Below, piece after piece: positions 50,853 through 64,000 of a stretch of DNA of 64,000 nucleotides. The notes beneath the pieces were generated by a model. It saw only the letters and a list, made by a program, of their open reading frames with translations, had not been told where the DNA came from and did not search any database. The translations under genes and the position numbers were made by a program. The stretch lies in assembly GCA_040357565.1 (NCBI GenBank), contig JBDODJ010000026.1; one strand, given 5' to 3'. Each line of letters starts with the position of its first letter. The first letter of the stretch is position 1. Source of the stretch: Cercozoa sp. M6MM. Its lineage: Eukaryota; Protista; Endomyxa: Ascetosporea.

Positions 50853-52316
50853 CTAAACCGAGTTAAGCGATGGTGGCGCCAGCGAGGTTTCCGAGCGTAC
50901 AGACGCCCTTGGCGGTGCGAAGCGGCAGACCATCGAAAGCAGGCACACCCTCGGCCGTCTGCAGAAAAGAACAGGAAGGAATGAACATACTCTACAGACG
51001 GGGGGGGGGGGTGTGTACCGAAGCGAGCTTCTTCTTGATCTTGTGCAGCTGCTTGGCCGACACATTCGGACGGTCGGGCTCGGCGTCTTCACAACCTGCG
51101 AGTACATTTTTGGGTTAGTTAAAGTTTACATGTTGGAGACGGGGAGGCGGAAGGGAGGAGGGAACGCACCATCAACGAGCACGCGGTCGCCAGGCACGGC
51201 GTCCGTAGGCGGACGCAGCAGCGCGAACTGCTCGCCATCGGCACTGGTGCCGAGCAGCACGAGGCCTGTCCAGACAAGCACACAGATACGGGAACACAGG
51301 CAGTCAAGCATACAGGCAGTCAAGTATACAGGCAGACACAGACACAGACACAAACACAGACATCCAGATACAAGAGACAGAGGGTACCGCTGGAGAGGAC
51401 GCCCTGCAGTTCGCCAGCCTTGACGTTGGTAACCACAACGACAAGCGAGTCCTGGAACTCCTCAAGCGGCACCTTGCCCACGAGGCCGCTCACGACCTGC
51501 AAAACCGAAAGGCGGAGTGAAAGGAATGCAGGAGTAGGTAGGCCCAGAGGGAGACAGACGTACCTGGATGGGAGCATCCGTGCCAATGTCGATCTGCTCG
51601 ACGTAGAGCGCATCAGCCGTCGGGTGCGCCTCGGCACTGACGACGCGGCCGACGAGCATCTCGAGACGCGACACAGCAGGGACCTCCTTCTTGCCGCCGC
51701 CGCCCTTCTTCTCTGCACAGCCACAGATGCTTTCCTTGTGCCGCACCAGCAGTTAGAAGTACAACTGTGCCACGGTACCCTTCTTCTTCTTGTCCTTCTT
51801 GGACTTGCCGCCTGCCTTGGGAACCACTGCTTCCGGCACGTGGTACTGCACCTGTTCACAGCACATAAGACTTAGTCAGACACCGCATGGACTCAAGAAA
51901 GCTCCGGTGGAGAAGTTACCTGCAGCTCGGCCAGCGGCAGCTCCTTCAGTACCGCACGCAGAGAGTCCAGCCAGCGCACAACGTTGTTGAAACGGATGCG
52001 CTCCTCCTGCGGCATGCCTGCACACAAAGCAGAGGTTCGCACACTCCCAGAACCTGTGCCACTAAACAAGAACTCACCAATCACGGCCTCAGCGACATGC
52101 GCAGCGGCGGCAGCGTCACACTTCCTGCACACAACATCACATAACGGCTAGCAAACAGAAAACGCTGCATATGACAACGCACGACACAACAAAGTCGCAG
52201 ATAAAGGCGCGAGTCAGGAGATGACCCTGCAGCTTGGCGAGCGCCTGCGGCACCTCCAGCGCCAAGATTTGGCCCACAAACTTTTTGCCCTTCTCGGTGC
52301 CCTCGCTAATAGACAT
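50853..52316 (-). CDS. Arc1/AIMP1-like tRNA-binding cofactor (GST-C-like + EMAPII/Trbp111 OB fold)
   Basis: RFNNVVRW, K-rich linker, SRLEMLVGRVVSAEAHPTADALYVEQIDIG, VVSGLVGKVP, VVVTNVKAGELQGVLSSG, LLRPP...VPGDRV. Confidence 0.88.
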
Positions 52317-52495
52317 TATGTGAGGCTTTGTCCGTACACACGCGGCTGGATATGCCACAGAGCGCAATGTGCGCTTTCCTGTGTCGTGGCTTAGCTTCGG
52401 CTACAATGACGGTGCGGGCGGCCGTTTCAACAACCCAGCACTGCTTTTTACGACTTTAGGCTGCTGGCCGGGCTCGCGTTGAGCTCCGGTGCGGA

Positions 52496-53962
52496 TGGGA
52501 GAAACGACGTTTTCTCGCGTGGCGCAGCGTTTCTTCCGGTGACGGTGCTCAAGCACAGCAGAAGCGATCGCATCAGAGCGCAGATCACCGCTGGTGAAAA
52601 CCCCTTAATTTCGACCGAGCTCGGCTGACGTGCTGCGCTGCGGAGAGCTGGTGTTTCCGTGTGACAGGACGGAAAAGGAAATTTTTTAGGGAGTGCCAGC
52701 CAGGTGTTCCCGGACTCATATCGCGCTCTTGGCCGCGCTGCAGCGTCGCTCGTGATCTGTAGGAACGAGTGCAGGCGCACTGAGTCTGCTGGCGCGCGCT
52801 CGGTGCCTTCCCTTGTGATGATTCCAGCGTTGTCTGCACGGACTGCTTGTGATTGTTTTTCTGTGGTCACACGGCGTGCCTATCGTGTGTCAACTGGATT
52901 CTCTGTGCATGTGTGTGCAGCTCGGATGGAGAGGAAGCCGCGCACCCGGCGCTCGAGTGCTGCACGTCGCTTTCGGGCAGTTGCCAACGCGGCCTCACTG
53001 GTGCAGCAGCAAAGACGAACCACACAGCGAAGAGAGGTGTTGTTCCCTAGGATGTGTGGTCGCCGCATTGAAGAAACCGTGTGTGTGTGTGTGTTTGTGC
53101 AGAGATTCACGCGGTATGTACCGAACGTGGTTGCAGACTTTGCGGCCTCGTTGCGGCCAGAAGAGTTTGACCCACCAATGCGGCAGGAGTTCGATGCGCT
53201 CGTTGTGATGTGGGTCGACGTCAGCGGCTTCACCAAAATGACCGAAGCTTTGGCTCATTCGGTACACTTACTGCCTTTTCTTTTTCTGTGTTGGTCGATC
53301 TGATTAGTTCTTTGTTTCCGCAGGGAGGTGCGAGAGGAACCGAGGATCTGGGCTTCTTTTTGAATCGGTAGCCTTCTCGACTCGAGAAAAGAAACAAGCG
53401 GGCTTTTTCTTTTCAGTTTTTGATGCCAGTTTTGATGTGCAGATACCTCGAAATCTTACTCCGGTCGGTGGCGAAAAACTCAGGCGATGTTATCAAGGTA
53501 GGGTGCTTGCTTTCAAGGCCTGTATGTGCAACGCAGGTTGCCTGTGTGGTGCAGTTTGCGGGCGATGCCATGCTCATCGTGTTCGAGCCTCCACCGATCG
53601 ATCTGGACGCAGACCATGCCGCCAGGCAGATGTCGCTGCAGGTGGCGTGTCACCGCGCTCTGCAAGCGGCGAGTGCCATCCAGACCGAGCTGCATCAAGC
53701 TGAACTCGCCGATGGCGTCACTCTGTCCGTCAAGATTGGTCTGAGTGGTAGGAATTGGCATTTTCCTTCTCTTCTTAATCAGACTAGCTAATCAGACAAG
53801 TGTGTAAATTTTACCTTCCTTTGACCGCAGTCGGTCCGGCCGATATCTTGCACGTTGGCGGTGTCTACACGCGCATGGAATTCACGCTGGTGGGAACCCC
53901 GTGTATCGAAGCTTTCGACGCCGAGCACGATGTAATCATCTCTCTGTTCCACACAAACAAAT

Positions 53963-54033
<71 letters not shown>

Positions 54034-55093
54034 TGAATTTTCAGGCGAATGCTGGGGATACAATCATGAGTGACGCCTTCTACGCGCGATGCGATCAGAC
54101 GCTGTTCCGAGTGGACCAGCTGCCGAGTGGTAACTGGCGACTGCGCGACCTGGAGATGGTACGACTGGTGCGCGGTGCCAAAGCTGCGCGCAGACACGGC
54201 GCCAAGGAACGTGCACCTCGGTTTCGCGTGGTTCGCTTGCCGCGCAAGGTGTGTTTGCTGTAATTGTTGGGGGTGGTGTGTTCTTGGGCGGCTTCTGGAG
54301 GCTACGGTTGTAGACGGAGGGAGTGCCGGCGAGGCGAGCGAAGAAAGAGGACAAAGAGAATGCGTCGTCGGTGGACACATCGGTGCTGTCGAACGCAGTG
54401 ACGGACGCCGTGGTGGAGCAGCGACTCAAGCGATACATTCCGCAGGCGGTGGCACGGCACCTCAAGATCGGCACCATGTTCTGGATCCCGGAGATTCGGC
54501 ATGTGACGACTCTCTTCGTGTCCATCGGTTTCTCGCTCAAGTTCATGCAGGGTGTCGGCGACACTGAGACCTCGGAACCGAGTGTCAAGGACCTCTTTGG
54601 CGCACTGGGCAACAACGCTTCCTCGCCTGACTCGCAACTCACGGTATGACGTGTATACCGTGAACTGTGCTTGTAGTGTACTGTGACTGTGCGGTGTTTC
54701 GATAGGCGAGTGCGCATGCATCGTTGCTGAACGAGGTACTGGCGAACCCGTCGCCGGTGGGCCGCAAGAACGCGGCGCTGCGACGTGTGCACGACGTGAT
54801 CCGGCGGTGCCAACGTGCCATCTACAAGTACGAGGGCTCGCTGAACAAGTTCCTCGTCGATGATAAGGGCAGCACGCTGATCGCGTGTTTTGGCGTGCCA
54901 CCGCTGGCGCACGAAGACGACGCTCTCCGTGCTGTCATGGCGGCCGTGGCCCTGCAGGACAGGTAGTCTGTCTCATGTCCCCATCAATACTCTATATGTA
55001 TACTATACATATGTAGTATCGCTGTGCACATGGGCCTGCGCACCAGTATCGGCGTCTCTACCGGCCAGGTAGTTCTACATATATTGTGTGTGT

Positions 55094-55127
<34 letters not shown>

Positions 55128-55734
55128 TTATGTTGGTATAGGTGTTCCTCGGAGCACTCGGTTCGGGCCAGAGTGCCGAGTACGCCGTACTGGGTGACGC
55201 CGTCAATCTGGCGGCGCGTCTCATGCAACGCGCACAACGCCGCACGCAGATTCTCATCGATGCTGCCACGCGGCAACTGCTCGGTGGAGGCCGCGGCGGC
55301 AGTGCCGTGCCGGTCACGGGTCGCGCTCCCGGTGATGCCGCGGCTGACCGTGCCCGCGCGGATGCTGTACACACCTTGTTTGACCTGAGCGTTTGTAGAC
55401 ACCATAGTGTATATCTGTCTGTGTGTATCAGGCTGCCTCACGTTTCGTGATTGAGCGACTGGGCAATGTGCACGTCAAGGGCAAGTCGCAGGCCATCCCA
55501 GTCTGGGCAGTCAAGAGCAAGACTCGTCGTGTCGCACTGTGACCTTACTTTCGTGTGACCTTTCTTCTGTATTTGTATACTGTACCTGTGTCTGTGTGAC
55601 ATACAGAGCGAGATTCGTCGGTGCGGCGGCCGCAGTGACCAAGGCGGCGGCTGCGCAGGCGGCTGCTGCACAGGCTGCCGCCGCTGCTGCTGCTCAGGTG
55701 TGTTGCCATCTCACAAATATATGTACATCTCTAG

Positions 55735-55776
<42 letters not shown>

Positions 55777-58700
55777 TTTATCAATTTAGTTTAAATATAA
55801 AAGACATAATACATATGGTTAACTATTTCTCTGTATATAAATATAAATATTATTATAATATTGGTATATAAATCTATATATATGTGTCAACAGGTGGCCG
55901 CAGCGGATGACCAGTTGCCGATGATTGACCTGACGGACGCCAACATTGGCCAGCGCAGTCGGCAGATCGAGACGCTCATGCGCACGGTGGAACGGCAGCG
56001 CCGACGTGACCTGGCCGACATGCGCAGTCTGCTCGGCGACAAGAGCGAGGACGAGTCGGCCGCGACGACGGCACCGGCGTCCGAGTCCTCCAGTGCCACG
56101 TCGACGGCGGCCTCGACTCCCTCGCTGGCCTCGGTTTGACACTATATATATATATATATATTTATTTATTTATTTATTTATTTATTTATTTGTATTGTAT
56201 ATTTGTACAGGACGACGACGAAAGGAGGCAGCGCGGACGCAGGCGACGACGGCGGCAGCAGCAGCAGCGACGGCGAGATGACATCGGCGCCGTGCAGTTC
56301 GTGCTGGGCGACGCCGGACTCGGCAAGACACACGTCATGGTCACTGTGGCCGACACACTCGTGCTGTCCACCGAGCACCGTGTGGCTTGGTACGCTGTCC
56401 CTATCTCACTACCTCCCCCCCCCCCCCCATATTACTACCCCTCTTACCCTGCCCCTGCCCTCCTGACAGGTGTAGTGGTGACCGCTTCCTGACAGCGGAG
56501 CGGCCGGGCTATTTGACGGCACGCCTGCTGTCGCGACTCGGCGTGCACGTGGTAGATGACACCTGGCAGAAACAGCTGCTACAGGAGCACCAAAGTGACA
56601 CGGCCATTGAGTTCTCCGAGGACCTCGAGGACACCAAGGCCTTGATCGACCTGCTGGCCGAAAACATCAAGGTGCCTCCTGGCGGTGTTCGTATCAGTGA
56701 CATCCAGAGGTAGTTCCTGGCCTTTACCACCAATACATGGACTGTACATGTGGACTGTACATATGGACACATGGACTGTGTTGTACATGTGCACAGCAAT
56801 CCAGACGGTGTGCTGCAGCGACTGTGCGAAGCGTCGCTCGACTTTGCCGGCGTCAACGCAGCCGTCGCTGCCAATCGCGAGTTGCACCGCCGGAGTGTCA
56901 AGAGGTTTTTCCCCTACCCCCTCCCCGCCATTCTTCTTTACCCTCATGTTCCCTTGCAGGAAATCCAAGGAGTCGCTGTCGTTCATGCACACGCCGCAGC
57001 ACGTGAGCATCGTGATCGACGACATGCAGTTCGCGAGTGCGCTGGACTGGCGTATCATCACGGGCCTGGCCACTCGTATTAGACAGAGGTAGCTGTCTTC
57101 TTTGTGGTTGGATAGTAGTACTGGTGTAGCACCCTATGACTGTTGTAGACGACTGAAGCACGTGTCGCTGATGGTGGCGACACTGCCGATGGAGAACAAA
57201 GTGGCACGACTGCCCTTCACGCCAGTACCGCCCGAGTACTACGAGTTGCGGCACGGCGTCGCTCTGCGCACTGTGTCGCTGCGCCGCTGGTCGAGTCTCG
57301 ACGTCGTGAGCTACTGCCGCGCGCTATACCGCGTCGCTCGCGTCGACATGCGACTCGTGCTCTTCCTGGTGCGCAACTGCGGCGGCGTGCCGAGCTCTAT
57401 CACCACGGTAGGACTGTGCCTATACCCACATATCCTGCCTACCTACCTACCCTCCTAACTACCTACCTCTCTACCTTCCTACTTGCCTACCTACCTACCT
57501 GCCTAACCAGTTACTGTACATGTACTGTGTGCAGGCTGTGCACCTACTGCAAGACCGAGGTGCGCTGGATCTGCTGCCGCAACACCAGTTGCCGCACAGT
57601 GTGCCATCGCTGGGCGCCGACGCGGCACTGATGAAGCGTGTGCGACGACAGCGACATGAGAAACACACCGACGACGACTTTGCCTACGATCAGCACGGCA
57701 ACTCGCGCTCGTACTTCTGTCCATGCTGTATATACATTCAAGATATATATTTATCTATCAACTATATGTATTATGTATACATAAAGATACTAGTTACTAC
57801 CCTTGTGACGCAGAGGAAGACGAACGCAGTCGGTGTCGCTGAATACGCAGCACGTGCAGAGTGTACCCCCTGCCTCGTGTTTTGGATGTGTACATGTGTA
57901 TATACTGGTGCTGCACAGGTGATTGGGCACTCGCAACAAGACATGGAGCAGCTGCTGCAGCAGCCACCGTCGGCCGCCGTGCGCAGTCGCTCGCGCACGC
58001 GGCGAGTGTCGACGCGCGACGTCGATGCTGCCGACGTCGATGCTGGCGATGTGCATGTGACGCCGGCCAAGATGTATATTCTCTTCCTTGACCCTTGAGG
58101 CTGTTATCCCCTGCAGTGAGGAAGACAGGGAGGCCGACGAGGAGTGCGACACGTCGTCGGTAGAGTCCGAGGACACCAACGACGGCGATGACGACGGTGC
58201 TGGTGGCGACGAGCGCGACGAAGATGACGAAGAGAACAACATCTTGTGTACCCTTCCTTCGTGTCTATATATTTGTAGGCTTATAATGTTTGTCTCTGTG
58301 TGTGTGTTTATGTGTTTACCTATCTATCTTGTATATTCCCATCTACCTATCTACCTCCCTATCTATCTATCTACCTACCTACCTATCCATCTCTCTATCT
58401 ACCTGTCCATTCACCTATCTATCTATCCATCTACGTATCGACCAATCTATCCATCTACTCAGCTACCTCACCAACTCCCTAACCAACTACCTATCCAACT
58501 ACCTAACCAACTACCTACTCTTTCTGTAGTGCTGCAACAAGCCGACGAGGAGGACGACCCGGACTCGATCGTGCTGCACGTGAAGCTGCCACTCACGGAC
58601 ATGCTGGGCCGTCCATTGCCGCAGTTCGTGCCGTCGCCGACGCGGCAGCGCTGTCACACGGCGGCCGACCGACTCGACACGGCCGAGCTGATCACGCTTA

Positions 58701-61700
58701 AGGTGGCTGCTGCCGTCGTTGCACTCAACACCAACGCGCCTGAGCCGGGTTTCGACGTCGACATGCTCGTGGCCGCCATGCCTGCTGCTGGTGTCCTATC
58801 TATATATCTACCGTATCTATCTACCGTATCTATCTACAGTATCTATCTGTCTATCTACCTGTCTATATATCTACCTGCTTCCGTATCTGTATATGTATAT
58901 GTGTGTGTGTACAGGCGGCGACACGGAAGGCAACCGGAGCGACGGACGCGCGCTGGCCTTTGGCTCGTGGTCGTCGGTGCAGGCGCGCGTGCAGAGCATT
59001 GCGCGCTGCGGCCTCCTCCGCGTCGTCGGTGTCGACGCGCGGCGCAACCTCGTGCGCTACAACGTCGCCGGCGGCTTCCTCGTCGAGGCCGTGCGACGCA
59101 CGCTGCTGGCCTCGCAGGAGAAGAAGATCGGCTCGCAGCTGGCCACCTACATTCGCCGACGTAGTTCTATCTTTACCCTCTGCCCCCTGCCCTCTGATGA
59201 CTTGTGTGTCATGTACAGGCTATGCACACGACACAGATGATGCACACGAGGCGCGACTGGCACGTACACGACTCGTACCGGTCAAGGGCATTGCTGCCCT
59301 CGCACGGGCTGCTGATGAGGTACTTTTGTACCTGTGTATCTGTCTATACCCCTATATCCTATATTCTATACCCTATCCCTATACCCCTATCCTATACCCT
59401 ATTACCCTGCTACCCCATACTCGTACCCTGTACTCTACCCTTCATCTATCCCTATACCTTATCACAGGGCGGTCCGGGTCGCGAAGGCGTATGCCGCTGC
59501 CGCTTGGAGTTGCAGGTGACGAAACTGAAGAACCTGCGACTCGGCGACGGTTTGCTGCGCTGGCGACGTGCGCGTGGACGCGGACCGAACGTGTTTGTTC
59601 GCGTGCAGGCTGTGGCGCAGTACAAGCGGCGCGAGCTGGTACATTCAGATACTAGTACTACCTGTGTCAGTGTCTATGCGGTAACATGGATGTCCGCGGG
59701 TGTAGGTGGTGTGGCAGCGTGACTCGTCGGACCTGCCGTCGACGCGGTCGCCCGAGGGCGGCTGGCAGGTCGACGCGCACAGTCGCGCCTCCTTTGTGAT
59801 CCGTCTGCGACGCGACGCGACGGCGCGCGACGTGTGTCTGCACCACGACGCGCGCCTGCGACGCAACTCGGCCGTCTCTGTGGACTCTGGTACATGCATA
59901 TAATGTATAGATATATAGATATATAGATACATAATATATATATATATATATAATGTACAGATAGATTAGTGTCGATATAGCCATTTGTATAATATATCTG
60001 TAATATATGTATGTATAGATACAGTAGAAGACTATATATATAAGATATCTACGGTATGGCACGGTCTGTAGCATCGACATCGCGTGTGTCGCCGCCGGTG
60101 GCAGTGCCAGAGCGTCGTTCGTCGTTCGCGCGACTCTCGCAGCGACTCTCGCAGCGCTCGCGCCGCGTGAACCCGGTGCACACCGGCTCCGGCTCGAGGA
60201 GCGGCGATCGCGACGAACTGACGCCCATGTCGCGCTGCACGTCGCACGTCGACGAGGACATGCAGGAGGACATACAGGAGGACAGGAAGGTGGATGATGA
60301 GGACGAGGAGAAGCAGGAGAATGACGAGGCCAAGGGCGTCATGCTCATGCGCATCCAGATCTTTGAGCGGCGTCTGCGACGGCCACGATTGGTACTTGCA
60401 TGTATAGTATTGTACATACATATATATAATACTAATGTATACAATTATGCTTGCGATCCACAGGTGGGCGAGGCGGAATTCCCGCGCGAGCAGGCACTCG
60501 GATGGCGGCGCAACAATGCCAAGATGCGCTCAATCCACGCGCCGCAGCGACGCGACCTCAGCATCGGCGACATCTACTTCCGCACCGGACTGCTGGCCGG
60601 CGATCCCGAGGAGGACGGTGCTGAGGCCATTCGTGGCGCACAGTGCGATACCTGCACTAAGGTAGTCCTAGCACATACACATATGTGTATACATACTGAT
60701 GTGTGTGCACGTGGGGTGTGTACAGCGCTTCGTGCTGGAGCAAGGCATGCTGCTGCGCGAGTCGCGAGTGCCCGGCATGGGCGGCGACGACGACCTGCTG
60801 CTGCCGCCGACGCCGGGTCTGCCGGCCAGTGTGCATCACGGCACAGGCGATGCACACGAGAGCGACACCTCGTCGGCCGTGAACGCGTGGTCGTCGCCGT
60901 CGTGGCGTGGCTCTACCAACCTGCGCAAGTTGAGTGGCATGACGGTAGCCTCTCTACTTACCCTCTCTACTTACCCTCCTAATGAGTTCTTGCAGGGTGG
61001 TATCAATGCCCTGAGTATGGGCATCAGTGGCTACTCGAGCTACTTGGAAGACGGTACCATGAGCGGTAGCCTCGGAGGTTCGGCGCCTCGCACGCCGAAC
61101 CTGGCACCGTCGAAGTCGATGCAGCCGCACCGATTCACGCCGTCGCGTCGCATGTCGACCAAGGCGGCCGCGCAGGCCACGGGCGCTGCCAGTGCGCACA
61201 ACGACAGCACACCCACGCGTCGCACCAGTGCTGCCAACACTGCTGCTGCCTTGGTACAGTTCTTACCCCCCCCCCCCCTTCCAGTCGGTATGTACATCGT
61301 ATGTACTGTCCCCACAGGTGAACGCGAGGAGGCGATCGTCGATGGCGTTGTTGTGGGCGCGCAGTGACGGCGTGTGTCGTGCCGAGGTGTTGGCCGTGCG
61401 CGGACTGTCGCAGCCCGCGTCGCTGTTCTGCCGAGTGCAGTTCGTGCCGAGTGCCACGCTGAGCAGCACGCACCGTCGACCGGCTGACCTGGCGGCCGAG
61501 ACGACGGGCTTTGTGGCGAGTGGTACCGAGCCGACGTGGCAGCTGCCGACACAACTTGATGTGCCCATGGTGGGACTGGCTGCTGCTGCTGCTGCTGCTG
61601 CCAGCAGTGCCAACAGCAGTGGAGCCAAGACACTGGACTCACTCGGCACGCACGAACACGCCAGTGGCACACTCAAACTGAGCGTCTTTAAGTGGCACAG

Positions 61701-62312
61701 CACTCTCGAGAACTACGAGGTTGGTTCCGTGTCGCTCACACTCGATGCCGCCACCGTGCTCGAACAGTCGCGTGCTGACGCTACTGTTGCGTCGCCTAGG
61801 GTACCCAAGCTTAATCTCCCACACCTAGCTTTCTTGGTCAAAGCAGGTTCTGTACATACGCCCCTTGTACAGAGTGGCAACATGTACGACTCGGTCACTG
61901 AGTCGCAGCTGAAACTACCGTCGCCGGACAACAAGGTAGCTATGCAAGTGTACTTGTGTGTAGGCACGTGTGCATGTATGTTGTGCGCAGGTGAAGCTGT
62001 ACGAGGCGAGTGTGACACGGTGGTACCCGCTGCAACTGGCGCCAACTGACGGCGACAATCCGCTGCGCGAGCACGTGGCCTCGGTGCAGTTGCGATTACA
62101 CGCGGCGCAGTGGAGCGATGTGCTGCACCCGACGACGCAGCATCACGCCGTCGCACAGGCACGCAGGCAGTCGGTACACCACGTCGCCTCCCTACCTTTA
62201 CTGCGTATGTTTATATCTGCTCTTTGTACCTGCACTGTGTGCTTAGATGTACGTCGGAGACACCTCCAAGCACCTGTCCATTGCCAGCAACAACAGCAAC
62301 AACTGTCCGTGA
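52496..62312 (+). CDS. Soluble adenylyl cyclase (ADCY10-like): two class III cyclase domains, STAND NTPase, two C2-like domains
   Basis: C1: VDVSGFTKMTE, GDVIK|FAGDA. Second cyclase domain: YEGSLNKFLVDDKG, FGVPPLAHEDDALRA, EYAVLGDAVNLAARLM. Walker A GDAGLGKT and Walker B IVIDDMQ. DRLDTAELITLKVAA, then C2-like beta strands. Start and end approximate. Confidence 0.88.
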
Positions 62313-62701
62313 CCGGTCTGACTGCCAGTGCAAGCAATCACCGTCGTGTCACCGTCGGTCACACCGCAACTCATGTAATGCGTTCCACGACCATAGTTTC
62401 CTACGCGAGTCACCGTTTCTAGATAAATTCATTTACAGCGAACTGAACAAGACAGCGGTACACCCCGGATTGGGGGGCGTTTTTGCAAAATCCAACCGTT
62501 AGGCGTTGCGGGCTTTCCTAAGTTTCCTTGGTGGACCCTAGTATCGTATTTGCCCTTGAGTGTCTGGTGTTTAGGTAGTTACTGTACCCCCCTGGAAGGT
62601 TTTCACTTTTTATGACAGGGATTTTCCCCATACAAGACGACAGCAAAGGTGCGTTTCAGATATCGACGCGGCCCCCTATTTCAGCGGCACGAATTCGACT
62701 C

Positions 62702-62821
62702 TCAGGCGGCAAAGTCCTCCTCGGCGACGTTCTTCAGCGTGTCGCCGAGCGAGAGATCGAGCATCGCTTCCGTGCGCTTCCACAGTGCCTGTGCACAATG
62801 TTACATCACAGAAAGGGTCCG

Positions 62822-62898
<77 letters not shown>

Positions 62899-63935
62899 TA
62901 CCAGACAGGCCTCGGTGTCCTTGGCGATACCGGCGGGCTGCGAGACGCGGCAGTTGTCGACGTAGACACCGCCCACCTGAGGTAGACAGGGGGTGTAATC
63001 GAAAGGTAACATGGGGGGGTAAAGGACCAAGGCTACCTGGTGCATGAGCGGCGAGGCAGCCGCCCAGACCGACGAGTTGGCGCAGTCGCTCGTGCTGCGT
63101 GCCACGAGGTCAATGCCCGGCGACACCAGCTCGTGCAGCCACGACGGAATGAAATGGCCCACGAACTCCGTGTTAGCCACGCCCTGCCACGCACATGCGG
63201 AGTTATACCCCCCCCCTCCCAGCAAACAAGGGTACCGGATGCACGGCCACCGAGCGCATGCGCGTGTGCGTCAGACGACGGTTCAACTCGTTGCTGAACA
63301 TGATCTACAACACAGGGTAAACAGGGGGGAGGGGGTTAAACATAGGGCAAAACTACATTGAGCAGCTTCGTGAAGCAGTAGAAGCCGACGCCGCCGAGCC
63401 AGCAGCGCGAGCCGTCCAGATTCTCCAGATCGAATCTGTCCATTCCAAACGTACCAGTATAGGACAAGACAGGACAGGACAAGACAGGACAAGACTGATG
63501 TCGTACTTGGCGAACTCGTGCATCACCGACGACACATGCACGAAACGCGCCGTCTGTCGCAGCACCGCCTGCTCGCCCTTGAGCGACAGCAGACTGACAG
63601 GAGGCAAGGGGTAAATGGAATAAAGCGGGGGGTAAAGGGGTAAAGAGGGGGGTAAAGAGGGGGGAAGGGTATAGGGGCAAAGTACCGAGCACACAGCTGC
63701 CAGTGTCCCAGGTAGTTCGTCTGCAGCTGCGAGTTGAAGCCGTCGGCCGTCGTTCTGACCACGTAGGGGGTAAAAAGGGGGGGGGGGGTAAACAGGAGGT
63801 AAACAGAGGATACACGCGCTGCTGCATCATGGCGCCGGCGTTGAGCACAACGGCGTCCAGCACGATCGACCGCTCCTGCAGCGACTGCACCAGCTCGTCC
63901 ACCTGTCGACACAAGCACACACAGCACTCCCTTAA

Positions 63936-63992
<57 letters not shown>

Positions 63993-64000
63993 CACACACA
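62702..64000 (-). CDS. Short-chain dehydrogenase/reductase (RDH11-14/WWOX-like), 5' end outside the window
   Basis: LDAVVLNAGAM, TADGFNSQLQTNYLGHW, RFVHVSSVMH, catalytic YCFTK, VHP|GVANTE, GGVYVDNC. Confidence 0.92.

Noticed and set aside
62455-62632. Possible second MITE between the cyclase and SDR genes
   Set aside because: G/C-rich ends but no convincing TIR pair or TSD.

Overview
Gene-dense, intron-rich eukaryotic nuclear DNA, probably from a protist; the taxon cannot be fixed from sequence alone. Exons are GC-rich, introns are short and low-complexity and almost all GT-AG, the genetic code is standard (TAA, TAG and TGA all end genes), and there are four assembly gaps. Genes in order: 5' part of an unknown gene (-), a giant HUWE1/Tom1/UPL1-like HECT E3 ligase (-), MCTS1/Tma20 (+), a small heat-shock protein (+), a degenerate J-domain protein (+), a tRNA-like element, USB1 (-), ADAT2/Tad2 (+), a Vti1-like SNARE (-), CRNKL1/Clf1 (-), a kinesin (+), an orphan fragment of the RNA polymerase I largest subunit (+), a 5'-truncated and internally deleted topoisomerase II (-), a DH-PH-FYVE RhoGEF (+), two hypothetical genes (+), QTRT2 (-), a Coq1/PDSS1-type prenyltransferase (+), an Arc1/AIMP1-like tRNA-binding protein (-), a soluble-adenylyl-cyclase/STAND protein ending in two C2-like domains (+), and an SDR running off the window (-). 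Best leads: (1) the cyclase-STAND-C2-C2 architecture; (2) the adjacent orphan RPA1 and TOP2 pieces (pseudogene or captured fragments, split genes, or misassembly); (3) a Mutator-like MITE with intact TIRs and a 9-bp TSD; (4) intron sequences shared between unrelated genes, with a strong GTAC donor bias and C/G runs. All gene models were read by eye, so exon boundaries and some start codons are approximate.
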